Shown in pieces: positions 51,935-64,000 of a DNA stretch of 64,000 nt. A program made the position numbers and the translations under genes. Position 1 is the first letter of the stretch. Each line of letters opens with the position of its first letter. Source of the stretch: the human T2T-CHM13v2.0 reference genome, Homo sapiens; the NCBI RefSeq assembly GCF_009914755.1, contig NC_060936.1; one strand, given 5' to 3'. Under the pieces are notes generated by a model. That model ran no database searches. It was not told the origin of the DNA and saw nothing but the letters and a program-made list of their open reading frames with translations.

Positions 51935-52947
51935 TATTATATCATTAACACTTTTTCATAGCATTTTGAGGAGTTTTGCAGGAGAGTCAAACAGTTATCC
52001 TCCTTCCCACCTTCAAAGCTAGGGGAGAGTTTGAAATGCATATAATGTTGAAGGAGTAACTAAGGAAGGTGGAAACTCAAAACTGATGCTGACTAATCCC
52101 TTTATGCCTTAATAGCATGTGGGCCACGCAGTGTTATTAAACCTTCCCTCTCTCCTCTTTTCCCTGGGAGAAGTGATCCCCATCTTCCCATCTTTCCTCA
52201 GAGGACCTATTTAAGGAAAAAGACCATGGGACCTATAGGTTATGAGTTCTTTGACCTTCCCCTGGATAACTTAGATGTGATCCCAATTGCAGAGAGATCA
52301 AAATATCCCTAGGATTAGCTAAGCTTATTACCTGGTACTTTCCACACCTGGCAGAGATTCTGCCTTGGAAACTATCGACATGAGTCCTATGGGGAAGAAC
52401 CTTCTAGGAATTTAGCAATACACATAGCAGGCTGTCCCTGCAGAACCCCTAAGTCCAGGCTGTGACAATGTTGGGATGTTGTCTAGTGAAAAGGAAGGGC
52501 TCCCTAAACTTGAATTTGAGCTTGACTGGAGCTTGGTTTGCCTTACTGATACAGTTTTGGGGAAGACCTGGTGTTTATGTGACATTCAGAATAAAATTCA
52601 TCAGTTGATCAATATCTATTAATGGCTAAAATATTTGTTGTTAGCTGTTATTTGGGTTAGCGAAAACTTCTAAATGCAAAACCTTATTATTTAACTAAAA
52701 GTTAATGGTAATGTTAGGGGTATTTCACATGTCAAAATCAATTCTATTGTGTATGGGTAAAAACAAATTGGCTTTGCATTAAAAAATTGTATTACTTTTT
52801 TCCATTTACATAGTTTATATATGTTCATTATAAACAAAAATAAAATATCAAAATGATCTATAAGCCCACCAATCTAATGTTGGCTAACATTTTAGTGTCT
52901 GTCTTTTAGACATTTTGTGTGTATTTATAAATTTTAAAGAAAAATGC

Positions 52948-53283
<336 letters not shown>

Positions 53284-54389
53284 TTATCAATTGCCCCCCA
53301 CTTTGCTTTATCATATTTTGTACATTGTTGGTGCCAAATAAGTATTTCTTGACTGCTGAAATGAATGCTCTCCAATAATGTAATCTGTAGTAGCCCCATA
53401 AGATTTGATTTTTATGATGTAAGATGATTTAGACAATCCTGTATTGTTGGCTATTTAGGATATTTCTATTATAAATCACTTTGCAATTAACACTCATAGA
53501 TATATCTGTGGATACATTCAGTTACATTCTTAGTACAAATTATTGAAAGTGGAATTACTGGAATAAAGAATGTGCACTTTCATAAGACCCTATTTCTTTT
53601 TTTGCTACCATGCATCTGGGTGCCACAATAGTAACTAATAGTGATATTCTACAATATAAATGAATTATTAGTAAACAGAAGCAGGAAAGCAGGCTGATAC
53701 AGTTAAAGGCAGGCTCAATCCAATCTTTAATCATGGTATTGATTGGTTTGCTGCTGGTTTTAGGCACTATGTGTATTACTGTGTGTGTATGTGCACGTGT
53801 GTTTGTAGCATGCAGGCATGTGTGTGCCTACGTATATGCTTGTGAGTATACATATGTCCTGCTAAGTCTCTCGTGCAGGCAAACAAAAGCTAGCAGTCCC
53901 TGCTTCTAAGTCAGTTCCTTTCTTAGTTTCAGTCTACCATTTTATCCTTATTTTCCTGGCTGACTTGCAGAACCCTAACCCATACCCTGGCTTCTGACAT
54001 CTGTTTTTTTTTCCCCTCACCATGGAATCTGCATTTCCAGCAATGGCCAGTGGAATTACAAAGCCATGAGATCCCCTGGAGTTGAGGTCCCTCTCAGCTG
54101 GAGGTGAGGCTTGCTCTCTGCCGACTTTGGCTCTTATAGGACATGCCCCACTGGGCTTTCTTCCTGGCCACTCTTCCCACCCTGCCTCCACTTAGGGGAA
54201 TTCATGACAAATCTGGGGTGAGGGCACCTCATCAGTACACAACCAAAAGAGAAATTTCTCTTCCTCCCATGAATAGGTTTTCAAATGCTTTTCAGAAGTC
54301 ACTTTTTGTCCTTTCTCCCTCCTTCCATTTCTTTTCTTTGTTTTCCCTCTTCTTCCTCTTCCTGCTGAAGCGTTTTCCAAAGAAGAAAA

Positions 54390-55000
54390 TGGAGAATTAT
54401 ATGATTGGAAAAAAGGTCAAATCTAATGCCAAAAAGCAAGGATAAAATAATAACTTGAAGCAAAAAGCCTCCAAACCTCTTATAACGTCTGTTTTTTGGG
54501 CCTGCTTGTAGCTTAAGCCCAAATCATGATCTTCAGGGGCTGTCAGAGTCAGCAACTGGAATAATGAGATACACACAGGCCTTCGAAGAAAGCTGAAATC
54601 TAAGTGGCAGCTTCAGCCATAATTTCTCATGAAAAGCCAGAGACAAAGACAGGTTATTTATTTGATTTGTAATCATAAAAGGCCTCTGTAGCTTAGTTGA
54701 TTTGGAGCCCAGAGATAAACCTGGCTTTCTTGTAAGATGACTGTGAAAACACACAAGGAAAACCATTCTCCTCTAACCTGATGAGGCTGACGGGAAGGGT
54801 CTTTATCAAAATGTTATTTTTCTCCAAAAGACATTCATCATTTTCAACAAGGCTTCATCCTGCTGCTGTAAAGCAAAGTCTTGCCTGAAGCAGGTTAAAC
54901 TAGCAGCATTCGCAAAAAGAAAGAATCCTTCTGACTCACACCAAGGAGCTGTCACTATGATTAATTAGCTCAGACAGTCCCAGATGGGTAATAAGGACCA
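54390..55000. promoter_or_regulatory. Repeat-free candidate enhancer
   Basis: AATCATAAAA (54671-54680), GATTAATTAG, CTGTCA, AGATAA and TGACTCA motifs in apparently unique sequence. Confidence 0.35.
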
Positions 55001-55135
55001 TCACGTTCTTGCCTACTGTTTGTGCTTAGTCAATGACACGGGCTTGGGCACAGGTCCCTGGCCTGTCATTCTCATTTGCGGAAATTGCTGCGCTTACTCC
55101 TATCTTCAAGAAGTCAAGTGGCAGGTTTTGGTTTA

Positions 55136-55611
<476 letters not shown>

Positions 55612-56504
55612 TTATTGGACTGCTGTCCACATCTCCAACTTCTTCTGTTGCCCTCTCCCTCCATAGCACACTCCATGCTAGCCTTATAGAGCTCTTTTCA
55701 GCTCTTTCAACTTTCCTTTCTTCTCGTTGCCTCTAGCTGTTACCCAAAGACCTTCCCTGAGATACGCCAGAATATGATTTTCTCTCCTCTTTGATTGGTT
55801 GATTCCTGCATATCTTTCAAGCCTAATTTAAGTAGTTGCTGGAGTTTTGATAACCATTGAATGAGAAATAGGAAATGACAAAAGGTCACTATACATAAGC
55901 AATGTCTTTAAATTATTAGTTATTTTATTAATCACCATGACATCAACATACGTTTGAAAACATTCACACATGTGAATAGTGGAATACTCCATCAGAGATG
56001 AAAATCATGTATGTTTTTAATGTTTTTTTTTTTTCAGTGAGAGAGGTGTCATAATACTGCTTTTGGAATTATCGAAGGCAGTAATTCCTGCACACTTGAA
56101 AGTCTTGATGGATCTTCCTCTGGTGGGTGAAGGCCTCCTGATCTCTCCCTTAGTACTCTGCATTTCCTCACAGTGGTGCTTGTCACTGGTATTATAGTAG
56201 CTGAACTCATGGCTTCTCCAGCTGGACCCAGAGCTTCTCAAAGTCAGGAAAGTGACCTCCTTCTCGTCACTGTAGGTGCAGCACCTAACCATGGTGCCCA
56301 GCACATGGGAGAGGCCCAGAAGGTAATAAGATATAAAAGAAATATGGAGAATCCTATTAGATAAATAGCACAAAGTTTTTGAGTATAAATACTCTATCTT
56401 AATATCCTAAAGTCTGCATTGCTTTCTCCCACTCCTGTCCCCCCACACAGGCAGGATAGTCGCTGGACTTTTGATACTCACTTATTGAGAAATAAGAAAT
56501 GATG

Positions 56505-56813
56505 GGCAGGGCATGGTGGCTCACGCCTGTAATCCCAGCACTTTGGGAGGCCGAGGTGGGTGGATCACGAGGTCAGGAGATTGAGACCATCCTGGCTAAC
56601 AAGGTGAAACCCTGTCTTTATCAAAAATACAAAAAAATTAGCCGGACGTGGTGGCCGGCGCCTGTAGTCCCAGCTACTCGGGAAGCTGAGGCAGGAGAAT
56701 GGTGTGAACTCGGGAGGCAGAGCTTTCAGTGAGCCGATATCACGCCACTGCACTCCAGCCTGGGTGACAGAGCAAGACTCTTTATCAAAAAAAAAAAAAA
56801 AAAAAAAAAAAGA
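56505..56813 (+). mobile_element. AluY
   Basis: GATCACGAGGTCAGGAGATTGAGACCATCCTGGCTAAC, GAATGGTGTGAAC; TSD AAGAAATG(A/C)TG at 56494-56504 and 56814-56824. Confidence 0.95.
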
Positions 56814-57234
56814 AAGAAATGCTGAAAGGTCACTACATATTAGCAATGTCTTTAAATTAATTTGTATTTTATTAGTTCCCATGACATTAACAGACATTTA
56901 AAAATATTCATACATATAAGTAGTGGGATATTCTATCAGAGACTAAAATTCTGTGTGTTTTTAATGATTTTTTTCATTGAGAGGATGTCATAATATTGCT
57001 TTTGAAATCATTGAAGGCAGTACTTCCGTCATACCTCCATTCTCCCCTATTTTCCCTGCTGGAGTGGGTGTGGGAATCTCACAATCACTTGGAAAGTTTC
57101 TCTTGGATGAACAAATTATTGGGGGTCTCCATTATTACTATTAGTACTAGTGGTAGTATTGTGATTATTACTACTCACTTAGAAGATGGTATATAGCCCC
57201 ACAGTTTGAAGAAAAGGGTGTAATTAGATTCTTT

Positions 57235-58830
57235 GTGTTACTTAACATAATGCCCTCTTATTTCATTCATATTGTTGCAAATGACAGAATTTTGTTGTTT
57301 TTTTATGGCTGAATAATATTTCATTGTGTACATGTGCCATATTTTCTTTATACATTCATGTGTTGGTGGACACTTAGGTTGATGCCATATCTTGGCTATT
57401 GTGAATAATGTAGCAATAAACATGGGAGTGCAGATATTTCTTGAATATATTGATGTCATTTCTGTTGGGCACATACCCAGCAGTGAATTCCTGGATCATA
57501 TGGTAGTTCTATATTTACTTTTTTAAAGAATCTCCATACTGTTTTCCATAGTGGCTGTGCTAATTTACCTTCCCACCAATCCTTGCCAGCATTCATTATT
57601 TTTTGTCTATTTGATAAAAGCCATTTTAACTGGGGTGAGATGATATCTCATTATGATTTTGACTTGCATTTCTCTGATGATTAGTGACGTTGAGCATTTT
57701 TCCATATACCTGTTGGCTACTTGTATGTCTTCCTTTTAGAAATGTCTGTTCAGATCCTTCATCCATTTTTAATTGGATTATTTGTTTTTTTGCTACTGAG
57801 TCATTTGAGTTCCTTATACATTCTGGTTATGGATCCCTTGTCAGCTGAAGAGTTTGCAAATATTTTCTCCCATTGTTTATGTTGTCTCTTCACTTTGTTA
57901 ATTGTTTCCATTGTTGTGCAGAAGCTTTTTAACTTGATGTGATCTCATTTGCCCATTTTTGCTTTGGTTGCCTGTGTTTTTGAGGTCTTACTCAATAAAT
58001 CTTTGCCCAGACCAATGTCCTGAAGCATTTTGCCAGAGTTTTCTTCTAGTAGTTTCATAGTTTCAGGTTTTACATTTAAGTTTTTAATTCATTTTGATTT
58101 GATTTTTGTATATGATGAGATAATAGGGCTTTACTTTCATTCTACTGCATATGGATATCCAGTTTTTCCAACACCATTTGTTGCAGAGACTGTCGCTTCC
58201 TTAATGTAGGTTCTTGGCACCCTTTTAAAAAAATGAGTTCACTGTAGATGTATGGATTTGTTTCTGGGTGTTATATTCTGCTCCATTGGTCTATGTGTCT
58301 GATTTTATGACAGTATTATACTGTTTTGGTTACTATAGCTTTGTAGTATAATTTGAATTCAGGTAATGTGATGCCTCCAGCTTTGTTCTCTTTACTCAGG
58401 ATTGCTCTGACTACTCTGGGTCTTTTGTAGTTCCATATAAATTTTAGAATTTTCTTTTCTATTTCTGTAAAGAATGTCATTGGGATTTTGATAGGGATAG
58501 CATTGAATCTGCAGATCACTTTGGGTAGTATAAGCATTTTAACAATGTTGATTCTTCCAATCCATAAATGTAAAGTATCTTTCCATTTTTTTTTGTCCTT
58601 TTCAATTTCTTTCATCAATGTTTTATAGTTTTCCTTGTAGAGATCTTTCACCTTTTTGGTTAAATTAATTCCTAGGTATTTTTTGTAGCTATTGTAAATG
58701 AGATTGCTTTCTTGGTTTATTTTTCAGATTGTTCACTTCTGGCTTGTGGAAATGCCACTGATTTTTGCATGTTGATTTGGTATCTTGCAACTTTACTGAA
58801 TTCATTTATCAGGTTTTGGTGGAGGCAGAG
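57235..58830 (-). mobile_element. L1 (L1MA-type) ORF2 3' half, truncated at both ends
   Basis: ORF 58316-58651 [15 protein letters not shown]...[10 protein letters not shown]...[19 protein letters not shown] and ORF 57238-57474 [16 protein letters not shown] are L1 ORF2 peptides. Confidence 0.93.
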
Positions 58831-60039
58831 TCCTCTACATATCATTCTATGTATCTGAATTTTATTTGAAATGCACATTAAACCATGGAGTGATTTTTTT
58901 CTACTGTAGTTTAGATCTATATAATTAATTCCTTGAGAGTTGAAAACTTACCTCAACTTCAGATGTGATCTTATCCTTGGTGAGGTTTCAGTGGAGGCAG
59001 AGCTTTCTACATATCATTCTAGATATCTCCTCCTTGTGACACAGCAATAATACCTTAAAGATTTTTCCCTGCCTCATGAGCAACCATTTCTCTCTGGCCT
59101 CAAGGATGTCTCATGTGTTGGCATACCCGCTGTGCTCTATGAGTCCCAAGTTGGATGGTTGAGAGATTTAGTGTGAGTTGCCGAACACAGGGCTTTTAAA
59201 ATGTAAAATGTGTGCCAGACTCATGGCCTGGAGCCCCAGTCAGATTGTGCATTTTGATCTTTATACTACATAAGGAGACTCGCTTATGTGTGAAATGGGA
59301 AATCAAGGCAGGCTGTCAACATCAGTGGGTCATCAAATTATGATCTTTCTATCTTCCAAAAATCCCACAAGCCTTGCCACGTCTCTTTGTCTGAACACTG
59401 ATATTACTGTAGCTCAGGTTCTCATACTTTCATCAGGACAATTTTTATAGTCTTTGTTCTTTTTTTCTCCAGCATCTCATTCTTCTGTTCTGCCTTCCAT
59501 ATCACTACTATAAATGTCTGTAGGTGTGCCACTCCCTTGCTCAGAAAGCATCAAACATTACAGACCACAAATTTACAAATTCCTAAACATTGTACTCGAG
59601 GTCCTTCCTGGTCATTTAATTGTCCATTTACTAATTCATCAAAGTCCCCTCCCATGAGATATCTCTCTGTGTCATGTCTTAACTTTAAATAATGATAATA
59701 ACAACTATGACAGTATTAATAATGATATTTCTTTAATAATCAGGTATAATCTATTACAAGATTCACTCTCAATTTAATAATAGCTTTTCAGAAAGAAAAG
59801 AAACACTACTACACTAAATCAATGAACATTTTAATGACAAGACATACTGAAATTCCAGAAAGATTAAAACAGGAAAAAGTTGTAGGTCTGGGAGTTAAAG
59901 ACATATGCTAATAGGTACCATTTATTTAGTGTCCACAAAGGGCTCAGTAATTATTTAGCTAAAGAACCTTTTCTTGATTCATTCTGCCTCCAAGAAGCTC
60001 TCAACCATGTAGTCCTGCCCTCTCTGCATGACTTTCTGG

Positions 60040-61200
60040 ATCGCTTTCTGTGCCAAAAGCAAACTTCACACGCCTTAAGAATGTATGTTCTCCAAGCTTA
60101 TTTGGCCTGTGAAAAGAATAAGTAGATTTCCTATTAGCTGTGTAATATTTGCTACATTTTAAGGAAAAAGTGCTGTTGAAAATAGGATCCAAACCAACCA
60201 AGCCCCAAGACCAAAACAGAGACCCCAAATATTTGTTCTCTATTGCTACCAGTTGAGGATTGATGATTTCTGCTTCTCAGGAAGAGCGTAGGGGGTGAAA
60301 GTGGGAGGTCAGCTCTTTTTGTCTGAGAAAATAATTTTCTTTCTTTCAAGGTATTAGCAATGCAATTATTTCATCAAGGTGAATTAGTTCTCTACTTGGG
60401 TCCCAGCCTGGGGTTTCACTTGGAATTTTTCTTCACCACTTTCGGCCTCTAAATATTTGACCGAGAGTTTGAGTTCGGATTAAGCTGTCACAGATCTTGA
60501 TTTGATAAGGGGAATGAAATTAAAATGGACAAAAAGAAGTGAGGCTAATTGGCACTTCCAAGTAATTTTTCCTTTACAATTAGCCAAAGAAAATTTTGTG
60601 GGGCAGAGTGATGCTTGCATTCTCCCTGAAGCTTCTTTGTGTGTGCCCGGGAGACCCCTGGCCAGGCCTCAACCCTGTCAGTCTCTCTGAGCGCCGTTCT
60701 CAGGGTATAATTGAGCTGGGCTTTGTTGTGAGCATCTATACACATTTAATGAGACTTATGTGTCTGTGCTCAGAGGATTCCAGATCCTCCACTACATTTC
60801 ATTTGGAATTAATCCGACGTGGGCTGTTCTCCAGGCTTAATAGCTGAAAAGCCCTTTCCAAAGGGAAAGAATTCAGTGATAAAGTTTAATAAAGTTTAGT
60901 ATGAAAGCTAATTCTTCATAAAACCCTGAAAAATTTTCCCCCAAAGTCCAGACACCACAACGATTGTATACCTCAGGATTTCATTTCTGTCCTCCTGCCT
61001 TGGGGCCCATGGACTGCAAGCAATGAATCTGCATTGGTAAATAAAGCATAACTTCATGACAGTTTAATGGGGTTGGGGAAAATCATTGGACCTTTATTTT
61101 TTGCAAAAGTGGCTCTTCCTATGTGTCTCGCTATGGTGAACCATAATGGGGGATTTGCTAGAGATAAGATCCTTAAAGTGAGACTAAAATAAACACAAAG
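60040..61200. promoter_or_regulatory. Large repeat-free candidate developmental enhancer
   Basis: GGATTA (60477-60482) beside TGTCA (60486-60490), TAATCC (60810-60815), CTAATTGG, CAATTAG, SOX-type CTTTGTT (60721-60727), TTCATAAAA (60915-60923). Confidence 0.45.
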
Positions 61201-61647
61201 GTAATCTTACTCCATTTCTGGGCTTAGGCTGTCTACCAAAGAGCAGCAAGTTCATTGCAAAAATGAATGGGATTCCTGGCCAGACAGTTCAAGGGGAGGA
61301 AAGGTGGGAGCTGGCAAGAGGGGAGAGAAAAAACAAGCAGCTGGTAGCCCTCCTTGGTGTGGCCCCTCTGCCTTAGTACCCTCCCAACTGGCCACTAGTC
61401 CATCCCCACCCCACTGTGGCTTCCTCTGTTTCAGCCTCACTCAAGCATAGCTCATCTTCAATGCCATAGTTTTAAATTTGCCTCTGGACTTGAATATCCT
61501 TTTTCACTTCTTTGCTTTGCTTCTCCCTACACATCCTTCAAGCATCATCTCTTTGGAAAGCCTTCCAGCTGTCCTCTGTTTGTTCTCTCAAAATCCTCTG
61601 CTCAGTGTGCTCTCTGAGCTTGTTGATGGTGTTGAAAGTGTCATTTA

Positions 61648-62028
<381 letters not shown>

Positions 62029-63404
62029 TCAAGCACTGAGTATTTATTTATTACTTCATCTGCTTATTCAATCATTGAATCAGTACTTATTCAACACATA
62101 CTATGTGCTGAGTACTGTGCCAAAAATACAATGGAGCTTGTGACATGCACATCCTCTGTTTCAGACTAGTGAGGGAGACAGAAAACACAGTACCCTCCCC
62201 GCAAAAAAAAATGTGAAAAAGAAAGAAAACAGGTGCTGAGATAATGAAATGGGATGACCACCGTACCATAAACAGGATCAGGAAGCAGTTTCCTTGAGGA
62301 TGTGGTATGTAAGTTAAGACCCAGAAAAGGAGAAACTAGCTTTAGAAAAGTGCATATTAACTGCTCAATGACTGATTGAATGAATGAATCCAAATGGGAG
62401 GTCCTTGTAGTCCACTGAGTTCAATTTAAAATACTGTTGAGAGTAAAGTCAGTGAGTGCCTCCCAGGGCAGTGTTGGAGAGGCTTTGCAAGTGCTCTCTG
62501 ATCCGTTGGTAATGGCTGCTTGGGGCACTTTTGGGGTGGACTCTGTGGTTGTATCCAAGCTAGTGGGAAAGATTGCCCTGAACAATGAATGAGCTCTGCT
62601 ATGGGTGTGGAGGTAACAGTGATTTGAGTGCTAGACTCTTTAGATCCAGATGGACTGACTGGCAGGAGGAAGCATTTCTCATTTTTCACTTCTAATCTTT
62701 CCTTTTTGCTCTCTGATTCTTCTCCCAAATTTCTCTCATTCGTTTCTGCTCCATTAAATCAGCTTATGATATCTTCACGCTTATTTTAAGATTTGCCCAA
62801 CTGCATATATGTATAGTCCCAAGTATAATGCAAACACAAACACATATATATGTATGTGTACATATATAAAATATATTCATATATGCAAACATCATATGCA
62901 CACTGCACACACAGGTGTATTTCCAATCAGTTCAATCTCACCTTATGTGAACATGAACATCCAATAGCGCTGCCCATTTCCATTTGATACTCAATTACTC
63001 ATTCTAGTCTTGGAGTAAATATTTTACCTTATCTATATATACAACTGCTTTCAGCAGCCTGGTGAGCCTCAGGGAAATAGGATTTAGATTTGAAATATCT
63101 GGATCAAAATCCTAATTTTCCACTTATTGGTAGTAACTTATCCAAGCTTTAACTGTAAAAAATGGATTTAATAGGAATAACAGATACCACACATGCATCA
63201 GAAAAAGTTGGAAGATCAAATAAGACAATGCGTATGAGTACATTTGAAAAACTTCAGATTTAGAAAAGTACTTTTTCATAAATATATTTCAACTTATCTA
63301 CTCCATATTTGCCTCTTTGTCCTTGGTACTCTGATGTGTAAGATCTTAGAAGCAGGGTTCATTTGCTTATTCTAGAAAATTGTTAAGTATAAATTGGTTC
63401 TTCT

Positions 63405-63704
63405 TTTTTTGTATTTTTTCTGAGGCAGGGTCTTGCTCTGTCATCCAGGCTGGAGTACAGCGGTGTGATGATAGCTCACTGAAGCCTCAATCTCCCAGGC
63501 TCGAGTGATCCTCCCACTTCAGCCTCTTGAGTAGCTGGCACCATAGGCACGCATCACCACTCCCAGCTAATTTTCAAACTTTTTTTGTAGAGGCAGGGTT
63601 TCCCTATGTTGCTCAGGCTGGTTTTGAACTCCTGGGCTCAAGCATTCTCCCACCTCGGCCACCCAAAGTGCTGGGATTACAGGCATGAGCCACCACACCT
63701 GGCC
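63405..63704 (-). mobile_element. Alu SINE (AluJ-type)
   Basis: Antisense dimer; TSD TAAATTG(G/C)TTCTTCT. Confidence 0.94.
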
Positions 63705-63844
63705 TTAAATTGCTTCTTCTTAAGTTCATTCTGATACAAATAAATGGGCTCTATACACATTTGTTTTTCCCCTTGGTAACTGAAGAAATAAATTTTAACA
63801 TGATTTGGAAACTTTTTGCTCTGCTGGTTTTCATAGTTAAGTTC

Positions 63845-64000
63845 CTGACAGGACACCGCAAGAAAAGAAGACTATAGGCCAATATTCCCAATGAACATAG
63901 ATGCAAATACCCCTAGCAAAATGCTAACAAACCAAAATCAGCCGCACATTAAAGAGATCATTCACTGTGATCAAGTGGGATTTATTCCAGGAATGCAAAG
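63845..64000 (+). mobile_element. L1 ORF2 fragment (start of RT domain), runs off the window
   Basis: Translation [46 protein letters not shown]. Confidence 0.9.

Noticed and set aside
58316-58651. 111-aa ORF
   Set aside because: L1 ORF2 fragment within a doubly truncated element.

Overview
Primate genomic DNA, most likely human (AluJ/S/Y, MIR, L2, L1PA/L1M, THE1/MLT1/MLT2 LTRs). No protein-coding gene, RNA gene or CRISPR array can be supported: the listed ORFs are Alu-, L1- or ERV-derived, or of chance length. The window reads as a repeat-rich gene desert or large intron containing several repeat-free, homeobox-motif-rich islands (candidate enhancers) and a CpG-rich 5' edge. Largest structure: a near full-length minus-strand HERV-L provirus (40584-47754; gag-pro-pol-dUTPase remnants, tRNA-Leu PBS, PPT) inserted into an MLT2A solo LTR (40534-48186, perfect GAAAC TSD) that itself split a MIR; it carries a ~330-bp tandem duplication in pol and an AluY in its 5' LTR. 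Also present: a Ricksha (MULE) DNA transposon with a readable transposase remnant, and a cluster of short locally templated insertions and fold-back palindromes between ~27.3 and 38.0 kb. I found no convincing new gene system; the most unusual signals are these rearrangement scars and the nested LTR architecture. Repeat subfamily names come from recall of consensus sequences, and boundaries without a stated TSD are approximate.
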